Shown: positions 25,407-40,407, counted from the first letter of the stretch. The stretch: 64,000 nt of DNA from Camelus dromedarius (GCF_036321535.1 NC_087436.1:66900001-66964000); one strand, 5' to 3'. Program-made: numbers and translations. Notes: a model not told the origin generated them from the letters alone.

Positions 25407-28400
25407 ATACAAATAGCAATTGGTTTTCCTTAATCAAAGGAGAATATGGTAGGAAAAAGAGCAAGGTTAGCCACATGTTTCTTTTCTTCATGATTTACTG
25501 TTTATGAGAGTCTATACTGAATTAGCACCACTTTTCTTAACCACTAAACATGTGCATGTTCTACATAGCACTTAACATTTTTATTTTAGTTATGTCAAGG
25601 ATGTGTCATGGCATATTTTGTAAATAGCAGCCTAAGATAAGTTCAAAAATTTTGTGACATATTGATTGCACAAACATTGTCAATAGTCAATGCTAAATAA
25701 CCAAAGTAGTCCTTCTCATTTTTACTCATATTGGTTATACCACTCAGTAATGTGTATAATGAGTAATGCTGATTGATACTGATTGTAATTTCAAGAGTCT
25801 CAAGAATGTAGCTTTTCCCATGCAGATAGTACAATTATTCTGAACATTAGAAGCTAGTGGTTAATAAATTAGATGTTAATAATTTTAGTAAAATATTTAT
25901 CGTCTGTACTTGCAAGTACATTTTGGCAATTTCCTTCTCCTCCTACCAACTGGTGGAACTGTACCACAAAACACCGTAAATAATGCTCATCTTAAACAAG
26001 CTGAGCAATGATTTAGACCTCAGTACATTTCTACCTGTCTCCTTAGTGATGCTATGTTTTCATTCGGAGCAGGGGGCATAAAAACAGCAACATCACTAAT
26101 GAAGCTGTTGGGCCCTGTGGCCTGATGTCTGAACAGCAGCCGCTGACTTCATCAGTATTTAAATTACAGGAGCAAAGAATGTTTTCTAGTTGAGCATTGT
26201 TCCACTTCTTTGAACTGACTGCCATGGATTCCTGGAGCTTGACCACATTACAATTTTCACACTTAGCAACTGTAAAATTGTTAAAGCGATATCTTTCCAC
26301 ATGGTTTATCCGTTATTATTGCTAAGTTTGGCATACCACCTTAGTTACGGACTTTAAATGCCACTTTCATCACTTCCCAGGGTAACCTTGGCCATGAAAT
26401 CGGAAAATCAGATCATTTTCTGGTCCGTTTTCTTCTTTTTCTTTGGATGAGATTAGATTTTGCTACGCTTGACTGACAAATCCCATTTAGGATTCAAGGA
26501 TAGGCTGGGGCCCCGACCTCTCTAAGAAGTGGGAGGTGAGATGTCTTAGGACTGATGAGGAAGAAAAGACCAATTTCAACTCATCGCACAAAGGCAATTA
26601 GTGAGTCATTCATACTGTGAGACAAAAATAATCGTAAAAGTATAAAGAATCTTTTAAGTGTCAGATCACAACATTATTTAAGATTCTTTAAAAATATCAA
26701 TTATGTTCAAGGGTTTTCCTCTGCATGTTTTGTTTTTCTTTCACGTTATTTTTCTAGGCCTGTTATACCATAAAGCACAAGCCAAAATTACTTCTACCTG
26801 ATTGAACATCTTCCACAATTAATAGGAAAAATCACATTTTATTTTAAGAAATAACCAATACAAATCCAAAACAGATATATTCTCTATGGCGTATTAACAT
26901 AAAGTCAATTGCTTTATTATTCAGGGATGTAACGCTTAGTTGCTTAGTTATGTAGTTCTAGATGCTACCTGCTTTGAGGACATTTATCCATTGTTGATGT
27001 GGTGAAAAAGTGTGGTTGTAGAAAAGGTGAAAATAATATTTGGTTAAATGCCTCAAATTAATATTATATATTCTAGATTTTGTTTTTTGAGTATATGTAG
27101 TAAGTTTGAAATCTCAATGATGAGTGTAGGGATGAGTTGGCATTTTAAAATCTTTGTCCTACCACACCACAAATTTACATTAAGCTGATCGAAACATGAA
27201 AATCAACTGGATACACTGTCATGAGAATCTGAAAGAGTAAATGGATCAGTGGGACATCTGAGCCATCTTCTTGCCTTTAGAGACCTGTTCAATATTGAAA
27301 CACCATTTGATTTAAACAGGCAAACTTCGAAGGGTGATATCTTCAAGGATCAACTGGCTAAAAATGATTGTTACTTTACTTTGATTTCTACATCTACTCT
27401 CCTGTTTCTTTCTAAACTTCTTTTTCTCAATAGCTGCATTTCCAGGAATTATTATTGCATTATTACATCACTGAGGTTCTAGTTGCTTCAAAAAGAACCT
27501 AGTTGTCCTCAATTTTCTTTTCTTTTTTTCCTCAACTTTCTTTATTAGATGCATTTAGTTTCTAATTTGTTTCCAGTCAGTTTTGGGCTCTAGCCAAATA
27601 TCTGGGAAAAGAATAAGCTGAAATTCATTTCTAAATGTTACATGGGAAGAAATGTGGATCACAATACCTTGCATAAAGTGCTAAATATATATTTGTGAAA
27701 GTCTGGGCCATCTCCCTTAATCTCTCTAGCTGTATAAATATTGCAGTGCACGAATCAAATGTTCAGATGTAGGACCTCAAATGTTTTGAAATCATTTATA
27801 AGAGGAGATTCCCAGCTGCCTAGAAATTTAAATAGCTAATTTTTCCCCAAGTGGAAAATCTTTCAGTAATATGACAACATGTACTATTCTAATAAAAAAC
27901 TCCAGGGAATTTTATTTTATATACTAGGTGCATTTCTGACAGGCAGTGCAAAGCAAGCATATGTATAAAAAAGAAAAAAATTCTCAGTGAATTTCATTAC
28001 ATTTTCAGTAAGAATATCTCTTAGCAAAAGACCATGAGAAAAATTATTATGTACCTAGGAATTTCAATGTTCATTTCAAAAAGTATTCCTCTTTTATCCC
28101 TGTGCTTCTTCTAATATCATATACCCTTTGAGGATGCCAGGCAAAAAAGGGAAAAAAATCTCTAAAATTTGCACTTTCGCAAATCTCAAAGATATACTCT
28201 CTCACTTGAAATCCCATTTGTGTACATATATTAAAATATAACATCCATATGATTTCTGTTTTATTATTTTCATTAATTTCATTAGATTTTAGTACATAGT
28301 TGGCTGTCATTTTGATTATACTTTGATAGTAACAACATTCAGCTCTATTTCATTTGCCAAATAATGATTATTTATTAAGAATGTAAAAATTAATTTTAGT

Positions 28401-31400
28401 TAAAAGTTAATAACTTGCTTTAGGAAATACAGGTGAGAAATAAGAGTCTTTGAACAAAATCGGATATTTGGGCAAGGAAAAAGTGGGAAGACAAATTGTA
28501 GATAATTACAATAAAAATATGGAAAGGATTTCATCTCTTTCTAAGCTCTATTCTAGTTTTTTTTCAGGTAATGCTAGTGCTTAGTCTGCATTTTATTAAT
28601 AAATGATTCCTCTATGTGTGGTCAGTGTATTTCTCAGTCATTAAATATATATCCATGATGAATTTTGTTTTTACTTGATAAAAAGTTCTGTCCTTCTAAA
28701 GACAACTCTATGAAGTATCTGATTATTTTTCACATAGTCATTATTTAGTGAGAATTTTCCTTACGTCAACAATTGCTTTAAAGCTTGGTTATTAATTGAA
28801 GGGTAGGTATCCTGGGTCTCTGGACTCTCAGTATTAATGAATTGTAATGAAATTTATTTTAATTTAATAAATGTACCTGTGCTTCCACACAGTGGTAACA
28901 TTTCAGAAATGGGGAGAATTCACCTTTAGGTAATGTCAGCACTTTCCCTTTATACCACAAATAGTAGTTTTTCACACCTCTTTTGTCCATTTCAAGGAAG
29001 TTATATTTTCTGTAAGTTTGTTTTTCTGCTTTGCCTATTTATATTTCAACATGAATTCACTCCCATTAACACAAAGGTGCCTATTTTTCTCAGTGTCCTT
29101 CTGTGTCCTTCTAAAATGCTGAACATACTCTGTGACTCCACCGTTTAACCCCTGGGCACATCTGACATAGTAGTGGATGCATGTGTTGAGGTTTTGCAGA
29201 CTTGGAATGAATAAGGAAAGGCTATGCAGCTTGGAATCCACTGAAAAGAAATGTCGAAAGGCTGCATTTGAATACATCACCATGATTCAAAACATTAATA
29301 TGAAAATAGTGTTTTAAATATATATCTCTATTCCTAGATCCTAAATTCACTCTAAAAAAAGTGCCCACTTATCTGTCTGTGGCTATCAGCTCAAAATAAA
29401 AAATTAAGTGAAAATCTATCACCTGTTTTTTAAAGCAAACGAAATTTGCTCTTTTGAAAAAGTTTCACATATTACAATACTCTGACAGACTGTTCAAAGC
29501 TGGGCTACTTCATCAAGCTCTTAAGAGATCATTCAAATAGTCTGACAAGTGACAGTAGTTGATTATTTAGCATAGATATTTTTACTCAAAACCATGAAGT
29601 CAGACTAACATTACAGAGATACATGTTTTATTCAGACTACCAAATAGGAGTACTACATTAACATCCAGGAGATAATGGTTTTAATTTGGCATTTTTCAAA
29701 TTGTATTTATTAGAATCTCTTTATTTTTCACAAATTGTTATCAAATAATCTAAAAAAAGCCCCACAGAAAATATAAAACAGCTTTCCAAATTTTCAGGAT
29801 TGTATCTTTCAAATCACTACCGTTCTTAACCCAATTCCAACTACAGTTTTTTAGAAATGGACCTGAAAGAATACTCTGATGCTGATGAACGTGTGCAGAT
29901 TTCACCAAATCCTATGACATTTTATAATGTCAGAGAGACCTGTACCCTAGATAAGGTATCAGGAGCCATTTCTCGTACAGAAAACACATCTTTCTACTGA
30001 CATATCAGTTTTGAAAAGGCATAAAGCCAATTTGATAGCAAGTGTGGATATGTGTTATTTCACCACCAGTCAGATTAAATGGAAAGGCCACAAGAGATCC
30101 TGCAAGAACTATTATGATGTCAATAAAATGTTCCGTGAATGGCAGGGCTAAGCCAGGGACAATTCACCCTCTCACTAGTGGAAGTCCAGTTGCACGCTGA
30201 GAACACTTGGAGGAGTATTCGGCAGGATTAGAAATACCCTCAGCATGATATAATTTCTCCTCTCCACAAAAATAAACATGTAACAAGTGTGGGCTAAAGG
30301 GAAATACTGAATTAGAAGAATTAAGCTACGTTTTTACCATTAACAATATATCTGTGTTTGGTAAAAATAATTTATCCAACAATATTTCATGCATGGCTAT
30401 CCAAGTCACAAGGGGAACAATTTTCTGTAATTTAGAAGATTCTAAGGACTTTCAGTATTAATACAATAATATTAATTGATATTGCTTTTATCTCTAATTC
30501 TATTTTCAGAATATGGCTAAAATTTAGCAAATAAACCTTTAGCTTCAACACTTAGCTCAATTTCAACAATTGCCCTATGGTATGTTATAGCCAGGGAAGG
30601 AACTAGATCCATTTTCATTCCTTTGCATTTGGCTAAAACCTTAATAGATATTTACTAACAACTACTGCAGCTACTAAGGTTAGTAATAATAGAGCATTCT
30701 GTCATTTGAAAAACATTCAATTCTGTGTTCCAATTCCATATGGAATTTTCCTTCCTTTTCTCTGCCAAAAAGTATGAACGAATAGAAATTCTATTTGTTT
30801 CCTTTATTTGGGCAACTGTAGGTCTCATTTTCCTCTGGTTTCTTCTTTGGTGAGGTGTGATAAACCTTAGTAACAGATTTTGAAAATACAGCTAATATAT
30901 AAATACATTAAAATTTACATAGGATAATTTAGGCTCGACTATAGGGGTTAAAAATGAAAACATGTGGGGAAGGCTCACGGTAAAAGTGATTGCGGCAGAC
31001 CATATCTCACATATCATTTATACTGGGGTATATATTATTTTCTCTCATTTTGTAATTATACACCTCAGTCTTATAAATTTTCTTATGAATATTTGAAGAC
31101 AGATACATGGAATCACTGTGAAGTACAAATGATGACTTATAACTAGTATCACTGAAAAATTAAAGTTGACTAAATACTTTTATCAACTCTGACCCATAAT
31201 TATTGAATAAATATTACATTTACAATTATTATCACTATTTGTTCAGCAATTATTTTTGCATATTTATGATGCGCTAGCCTTTGATCCAGGCACTCAGACC
31301 ACAACAGTAAAAAGAATTAAAAAGACAAAATCACAAAACTAAGTTCACAAAGATATGAAGGTCATCAACCCAAGAGATGAGACACAGCGACAGAGAAATG

Positions 31401-34400
31401 CGTGTGTAGGTACAGGCCCAAAGCTGGGGTAACTGTAATAAACAAGAAGTGTGATGAGCAGGTGAAGGGCAGAGCCAGCCAAGCACACTTCAAGGAGGAA
31501 GAAGTTATAGATGCAGCAACATTCTAACAACCATCTAGGGCTTCAGAAACGGAAAAAGAGGGAAGGAGCTGTAAAGGGTTGGGTAATGTGATTAAAAAAA
31601 AGAAAAAAAAAAAACTATAGCAATGTTCTCATATCATTGACTGATTACTGAAATGATTCTAAAAATCCTAAGCCAAAATTCTTCTAAAACTGCACTGCTC
31701 AGAAAATCTGTTTCTATCTTTCTCCATTAGCTGTGTCTAAGTGCAGTTATACATGCATTTATTAATAATTCTAACAGATCACACCTGCATCAAGTTACTT
31801 TTGACATATATTTAAATTTCCCATGATTGATTGATAAAAATGGAACCTAATATACACACTGGAGTAGTTTAGAAAAAATGAAACATAGCATCATTAGAAT
31901 ATTTCATTTATGTCATATGTCTCAGTTGATTTTTATTGGTCTTCATTTTAGATATGTATGTGTCTGTCTATGTATGTGCAGTATTTATTGAACACCTTTA
32001 CATGCTGAGCACAGGAGAGCAGAATCCACTGCAAATGCTTTTAATAATTTTGGGAATCTATCCTTATATCCTTTTTACGAGAAAAGAAAATAATTGTAGA
32101 GTGTCTATTGCTGGGATTTAAACCCAGGTTTTCTGCCCAGAGATATCACATTTTATTCAAGATGCCATAGCTTACCCAGAGCAAACTTCTCTTTTGAAAA
32201 TTCTAAAAAACAAAAGATAAGGGTAGTGCCCCATTGTCCCTCCACTGGGATGCATCATGCACAAGCACGAGCAGGCAGGGGCTAGACTGAGTGCAACGTG
32301 CTGAGGCAAGGCACGACTTAGCTAGCAGGTGTGTTTCTGAATTCAGGCTGTTCGCAGTGGTCCATTGATCAAAAATGGTCAATTCCTGATTCCTCACAAG
32401 TATATACATACATGCACTGGGTAAAGCAGAAAGTGAGAGCAACGGGAGCATTAGACCACTGAAATTAAGACACATTGTATTGATTTAAACTCTTTCAATG
32501 CCTCAACTCATCATCAAGTCCATGCCATTATGTTAAAAGCCAAATACATGTATTGATCTGTGGAATATTTCTTGGAAACCATAGAGTAGAATGAACCACA
32601 AAGGTTCTGGGGCTGGGGGGGGACCATTCTAGGAAATAATTTTTAAGCAAGATTGATATACTAGCAAAGTGAAGATAAACAGAAGGGCCTAGGAAGAATT
32701 TCTTTGCTGCTCTCAATACAGTAGAATTTTCTCTAGACTCCCTCTGGAGTGTAGTATCATAAGATATTTCTGGTGACCATCTAGTTTGACAATACTCGAA
32801 TTAACCAGATCAATATTTGTAATCTAGTTAACTGTGGCTATCACAAAGTCAGCACCTTCGATTGAATACAACAGAACTCTTGATTCTTTTGATTATTTAG
32901 AATTTTGATTCAAGTTTGAAGGTCACTGGCCATCATTTCTTGAAAGAACCAAACATGTTAGACATGGAAATTATGCTATAGACACAGTAGGACGGCATTT
33001 CTCAGCTGTGATCCAAGCAAGCTTGGAGGCCCACAACTTCAATTGAAAATTTTTGGTGGTTTTATTTCAATGATAATTTAGGAAAATTAATGTAATTCTT
33101 CTAAATTTCCTACTACCACTGAGGAGCACCACCTTTGTATTTGTGTTTCAGATTTTACTGGCACTAAATGACCAGAGTTTATATTTTAACTTTCAAGGCC
33201 ATGTTTCTCAATTGGTTTTCTTGCACACTTTGGAGACCTTTCAGGTTCTCCAACATAACCTTGAATGTTTGTGAATGCTTGTAGACCTTTAGGATATACT
33301 TGAATTTCCTCAAGTGTAAGGGAAAAAATGCAATTAGCTCTTCTTGAAACTAGATTTCATATTAACATAAGGGGGAAAAAAACTAGATATTTTGGGTTGT
33401 TTTCACAGGCAGTTCATATCAAAAATTCATAAGGCAATTCTGTAGCTGCATACACATGCATGGGTAAGACATATGGTTCATTATGCATGAAAGCCATAGA
33501 GAATATGCATACCAAACACTCTTGACCTGCTGAAAGTAGTGATTTTTTCCCCCACTATGTTACAACTGTCAAAAGCCAAGCTTATCATATAAAGTTCTTT
33601 CACACTTTCAAGGTATATTTCTAAGAAAATGTCAGAAGTCTTCGAGACATTAAAGATGCTGATTAATTACATATACTATACATAAAACTTTTGTTTTAGT
33701 TAGAACACTGTGATCATGGTCAAATACACTTTCAAGATGACTTAGTTTATATTCATTTCCTTTACTTTTTTCTCCCTTCCTCCTGTCCTCATTTACATGA
33801 TTTGCATGAAGCTTTTTTGGCTGATCTTACTTTAAGTCTTCATTTGGCAGAGCTCTCCCTTGTACATAACTCACTGAGTTTTATTTCGTTGGTATCGCTA
33901 ATGTGTTGATGGTTGATTAAAAGGAAACTGATTACTCTTATCAGATAATATTTACAAGAGTGGTCTTTAGGGTTGTCTTCAGTTCCTCCATCAAAGAAGT
34001 GAGAAATAGAGCATTTTGGAATTATTTGCAAGCACAAAAGTATTTCAGCATTTCTCAATCACAAAATAAAAGTGGCTTCTTTTTCTGACAGGGAGGAATA
34101 TGGTTATTTTTCTAAAAGAGCAGTTAACAGTAAATTACATTATGGTTAGGTTTTCGAAAATAGAGCTACATTAAAAAATTTGCAGTTTTATTAGCAAATT
34201 TCTCAAGATATCACTTATGGGAAGATAAGAATTAGCCTAAAACCTCCAATATGTATTGCAGAAAATACCAAAATCAAATGTCCTGTTATTGATCAGGGTG
34301 AAAACTAAAGACTTAAGGTGAGTATTTTTTTTTTTTTTGATGGAAATACTTAGGAATTAGTACACGAAGTCAGAGTTAGTTTGCAATTGGAAGAAAGTAA

Positions 34401-34874
34401 AGCAGTCTCCCCATTCCTGTCCTACTGAAAAATCTTAAGTGACTAACGAGAGATTTTTGTATACAAAGTTGTAGGAACTAAGTGATTTCAACAGCATGTC
34501 TTCAGAACTTATTCAACTGTTTAGAAAAATCTAAGTCTATTTAGCCAAAGCAAGTACTATAACATAGTCCACAGTTATAGAAATTTTCCTCTCCAGCTAT
34601 TTTTTGTCCTAGATCCCTTGTAAGCCACCCAGTGCTAAGTGTTGAGCTAATTTGTCACCTGTTATTCTCCCCATCTACTATTTGCTATGCTTCGAAGTTT
34701 TAAATGAAAGGTAAAAGACTTCTTTAGGTCTTAACTTTACCTTTGCATACATATTTCAGCTTGTGATTTCATCATCTCAATAACTCAGGAGAAATGCTTT
34801 TCTTATGTATTAATTGAAGGTGCTATTAGAAGTATACCATAGACACCAAACAGCCTCAAAAATCAAAGTACCCA

Positions 34875-34999
34875 GGAGCGGAGGGTATAGCAAAGTGGTA
34901 GAGCACATGTTTAGCATTCACAAGGTTCTGGGTTTAATCCCCAGTAGCTCCATTAAGAAATAATAATAAATAAACCTAATTATCTCCTCCCCGCCAAAC
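34875..34999 (+). mobile_element. tRNA-Ala-derived SINE (camelid Vic-1-like)
   Basis: A box, TTAGCAT loop, degenerate B box and the AAATAAACCTAATTA-C-rich tail. 17-bp TSD with 1 mismatch at 34858-34874 and 35000-35016. Confidence 0.9.
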
Positions 35000-35454
35000 A
35001 AAAATCAAAATACCCAAAGTCTTCAACCTAAGAGAGAAACTGTCTAAAATGTTACAACCACTTCAACTGACTTTTCTAAGACACCTCCTAATCAACTGTG
35101 GGTAATTGTTGGAGTCCCAGTTGTTGGAAATTTAAATGTTATACCAAGAGATTATCAACAGTACTCATTCCTTCTCTCTCTCATTCTGATGTGATCCTGG
35201 ACTTTGTGTGAATCCACAAATAGCTCCTACACATTTTGCTTTCACTTTCTACATTCCTCTCTCTGTATACCCTTAATAATCCATAATCATATCCTTTTAG
35301 AAGCATGTAGGAATAGCAGCTTACTTCACAGTTACCGTACTGCTGTGCAGTTTCATCCTGAAACAAATCTTATGTTTTCTACAATTTCCTCTCATTCTTT
35401 ACATAGAATCTACCATCAAATATTTTATAAGTGGTTAAAAATATTAGATGGAGG

Positions 35455-35650
35455 CCTGGCCGAAGTATACAGGTATTTTGTAAAGGGCCATTTAACATTC
35501 TTCATATCCAATTGCAATATACAAAGTGACATCTCACGGGATTCCTTTAAAATTCACTCAAGAAACTAAGGTCTTTCCAAAGCACCTTTCCATAACAAAC
35601 TTTTTCTGGAAGTAAACTGCCATGTCAGTGGTGACCCATTTGCCAAATGG
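35455..35650. repeat. Diverged direct repeat, copy A
   Basis: Collinear with 36739-36938. Exact 23-nt core CACCTTTCCATAACAAACTTTTT at 35583-35605. Confidence 0.88.
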
Positions 35651-36738
35651 ATCAGAGTTAACAGGACTTTAGCCAGCCAAATTTTCTATCATTAAGCAAT
35701 CTTGGGAAAAGAGCACTTTATATTTGGTGCCTAAGTACATTCAATGCAATTTCACAATAACTCTCTTTACAAAGTATTTAACTTCTAAATTTGCATTATT
35801 GTGTAAGAAAGAGACTCATGAACATATAATTATGTGTTCCAGAAAAATTTAATAGGGGATTTCTAATATGGCCTTAAGTAATTTTCACTTTGCTCAGACT
35901 CCAATTTACTTCAATCTCAATGTTTGGGTCAATGTTTATTTCTGAACATGTTGTGATCTATTAAGCTATGTTATTTTCATAACGAATACTTTAAATAATA
36001 CTCTACTTTCAGCAAATTTAGAAAGCTTGCATATGTGTAGGCAAAAGAAATAGACAGAAAACATTTACTTTTAAAATAACAAGATAATCTTTAAAGTTAA
36101 GAGAATTCTAAACTGTAGTTAATACACATATATAGTAAATGTATATTTGATAGTAAAAAACAACCAAAGAATTCTAAGAGGACTCATTTATAATAGAAAT
36201 AAAAATTGAACAGAATGTAAGTGAAATATTAATTGAAATTAAGAACAGTCTGTGAGTATATAATTTCAAATAAATTACGAAAAAATTTTATTTCCTACTC
36301 TACTTTGGAGACAATAACCAGAAGGCTGTTTCCATCTCTCTCTCTCTCTCTCTCTTTTTTTTTTTTTTTTCCTTAATGATCTTTACTTCAAATTTGGTAT
36401 GTCAGAAGTGCTGTGATGTTCAATTTAGCCAATTCTTGGGTTATAATCTTGATTTCTCCACTTTTTCAAAAATATCCTTTCAAACTTGTCTTTCATAATT
36501 TCACCACCCTTTGCATTACAAAGAGACCTCTGTGGGGGCCCTACTTTTACAATGTGGAAATATGGTAATTAAGAGCTTTCTGCCCCTATTTTCTCATGAC
36601 TGTGTAACATGGAAAACAATGGGGTGTCCTCTTTCTGTTTAGCAATGCCATTCATGCAACAAAGATGTTCAATATAATAAGAATATAGTAACAGTCTAAA
36701 TGGATTAAATTGCAGTGTGTATTAAACACACAATTCTC

Positions 36739-36938
36739 CCTGACAGATGTATACAGATACTATGCAGGGCATCACTTAACACTTTTCATACCCTGTTGCA
36801 ATGCACAAAGTAACACACCTCACAGGGTTCTACAAAAACCCGCTCCAAGAAACTAAGACTCCTCTGAAACACCTTTCCATAACAAACTTTTTTAGGAATT
36901 AAGGCTGTCCTGTCAATGCTGCACCATTTGCTAAATCA
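36739..36938. repeat. Diverged direct repeat, copy B
   Basis: Collinear with 35455-35650. Exact core at 36870-36892. Confidence 0.88.
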
Positions 36939-39900
36939 ATTTCATGCCCTTTCTTCAACTCCACCCTCCCACCTTCTTTTTTCTTTTTTTCTGTCATTCC
37001 TTATTTTTTTGATGGAAATCCAGAGAGGCAGCAGAGTGCTACTTCAATTTAGTTCACGGTAGCAGTGCTGAGTATATGGGCCCTAAAGCTCCTAAGTGGC
37101 TGGAAGTATCTGCCAGTTAGCAAGGCCTGTTCCTGTCATTTGCAGGGCTTGTCTCTACTGCACTATTCATAGCTTTAACAGGAGTAAAATGCAACTGACA
37201 GCACACTAATTATTATGAATTGTTTTTCCTACCAAAACAGTAACATACCTAGAGACCAGTTAAGATATACAGTAGTGGTTTTGGGAAATAGACTGTTTAA
37301 ACATTTATTATATTTTATAATATAAGTTCATTTTTAATGGGAATTTCAGGAATGCATATTTATGCATGGTCATCCTCTTATAGGTCTCACATCTTTAAAT
37401 ATAAAAGAATCACACACTGGTCACACCCACCCACTCACACTAACTCCACATTTCTATTCGTGCATTCATCAAACTCTGGCCAGTAACAAAAGCTTAGAAA
37501 TACTTATTTCTAATGTGCTATGAAAACATAAGAACAGAATTTTGCTTTTTGTAGATAATTATAATAGAAGATTTTTGTGTTTCTTAAGAAGTTTTGGTTG
37601 TTAAAGTATTTTATTGTATGAGGCATAAATGGATGAACTTGGTATTTACTACCAAAAATGAAGTTCTTAGTAACCCCCTACTTCCATCAGTCAATAAGGT
37701 TGCAACAGAACACTGATGTTCTTTTCTAAGTTTTAATACTTGGTCTTGAAATGGCCATATGTCAAACTGACACTTCTCGCCATAGCAAAACATGTATTTT
37801 AAACAGCTGACATATTGCCACATGTAAGCTAGTATCAATAACACCAGAGTTTAGGTTCTTTGAGTATCACATCTATTAAGGGAAAAAGACTAAAAGAACG
37901 GCTCTGACAAGAAGTAGATGTTCAAGTACAAATTGATGACAGCCAAACTTTCGTCAGTGTACAACATTTGCAACTGAAAACTGAACGGAATTAAAATGCA
38001 ACATTCTTTAAAATGATTCATACAAAACTGCAACATGTAATAGCTGAATGAATGCACATGTCTACAAGCATGTTTTGCAAGAAGCAGTAAATACAGACTA
38101 TGGCTGTGCCTATTGTGCAAACAGTTTAAGCACTCCACTTACCCTTAGTAAAACTCAACATATGGATCAGTGTAAGTTTCTGTGTTGGAGTGGGTGGGAC
38201 TCTTATAATTTCTGTTCTCATCATTGATGTACTATTCTTTCAGATTCACATTTGGACTTTGACCCTCTTTTTTTTAGATTCTGCCAACTGATAAACTAAT
38301 CATCCTCTCTGAATATTTTTCACAAGTATATTTAGGTATTGACCAGTTTTCATACTCAAAGTCTTGGTACAGAAACAAAGGAAATCTACTTATAATTACA
38401 AATAATCAACATTGAAAATATATTTCTATTTTTATTCAAAACAAGTTTTACTTAGTGTAAAGACTCTCTCTTTTGTCATGGCAGAAATATGTGGTCCTGA
38501 TTCTGTATCTTTTTATCTGCTCTACAGAAAATGTGACTTTTTATCAAGTGGCTAGTGTCTTTTCCAAATAACATTCAAATGTTGCTAGAAGTAGATCTTA
38601 CTGGGGAGAAATAGACTTATTTTGCTTGAATAATAAGTATGAGCATTAAACATACAGCATTTTTGATACACCTAATATAATTACTCTACCAAAATATTGT
38701 TACATTTGTTTAACAATCCCCAAGCTGGAACATTCTGTCTTGTGCTATGAAAAATTAGATTTACTCATAATTTGTCACAAAATATCAAATAATCACATAT
38801 TATATTTGGACCACAATTCTGTTTTAAATGCCAGCTAAATACCAAATGTGCAACAGAAAATTAAATATTTTTACTAATCATTAACAATAAATCTGCTTTT
38901 TAAATTTAATATCCAATCTTTATGCTTCAATATTGTGTTTTAGTCCACCTTAAAAAAAATACCAACAGAAGTTTTGAAATGACTATCACTCAACTTACAG
39001 AGAAAAAAATTACTTCAGGAAAGCACTTGTCTTGAAAAGCAGAAATATTATATCAAGAGGAATAACATACTCAAGACATTTATTTTTAAAAGAAATCAGG
39101 TCCTTATAAATAATGAAAGAATATGAATCTATCATCAGTGAATTTTTCAATTTTATGAATATTATATTACATTTATGATCATGAGAAGTGCTTCTCTGGC
39201 GACCTTCAGCTTTAATCTATTTTAATCATTAAGAATCAGCATATAGTCTCACACTAAATATGACTAATTTTTTCCCTTTATCATAATATACATTTAAAAA
39301 TAACTTTGCTTAATTTTTCAAAGCATAAAAAAGAGCAAAAATGTTTAAATGTTTGGAAAGCAACATTCAACTCACCAATTTAATTTCAGAGAATGATGTA
39401 CTTATCTATGTAAACATGAAACTATCAAAATGCATATCGTAAACATATACTGTGAAAATGATTAATAGCAGTGAAGCCATTGCAAATATTATCACAATAT
39501 TAAAGAAAGTAAAACAAAAGTATTCAGATTAGGCTCATTATATTCAATTAAGTAATTTCTACAAATTTTACCCCTCCCAAAGTATTTATAAAGCTAAATG
39601 CATAAATATTTTGTAAAGGTAAAATTATTTGGTTTTCTATCTTGAATTTAAATGCCCACTTTTGTTTTATAGCAATTAGCCCAACTATTTTCCAAGTGTC
39701 CTTTTGAAAGAATGATTTAAAATGAAGAGGGGAAAATGTACCTTTGCAATGTATGTAGTAAAATTAAGGATCATAAAAGAAAAAAAATCAATGTGCTAAT
39801 AGAATAAAACTTACAGAAATTTCTTCTCCTCTTAAGTTATTAAAACAATGCGGATGTTTCACATTAAATTCCTTAGAGAATATGAGTATTTCTGGGAGAA

Positions 39901-40407
39901 CTTTGCAATCTGGTAAATTCAGGTAAATAAAAAGTAAATAAAACAGGATGGTTTTGCCAGTTAAAGATATATACTATACTCTTATTCCAATATGCGTGAA
40001 AAATGGGAATATAGTTCACAAATGAAAGAGAAAAAAAAAACCAAATGTGACCTTAAATAACTCACTTGTTATAAGAATGTGCAAGTAAATTTTTTAAAAG
40101 GTCTCTATATTTAATACACATAGAAGTTTCACTATTTCACCTCAAAACTATCTGGAAGTTAATTGCGTAGATAGTACTTAATACAATAATTTCCAATCCT
40201 GGTTTGGCACACCCTCACCTTCTAATCCCAGAGATAAAATAATGTAGGGTTTAATTTTAAAAAATTAATCTTTCTAATTAGAGTTTAATCAAATATTTCA
40301 CAAAATTTCAAAATATTCCTTGGTATAGAAAATGCCCTTTCTAACAAACACAAATATATACAGCCCAAAATTTCCAAAGCATCAAGAAAATATTTACTAA
40401 ATGAATC

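Noticed and set aside
29855..29955. Plus-strand exon-like stretch (EMDLKEYSDADERVQ...)
   Set aside because: Short pyrimidine tract, weak donor and no homology I recognise; probably a pseudo-exon.
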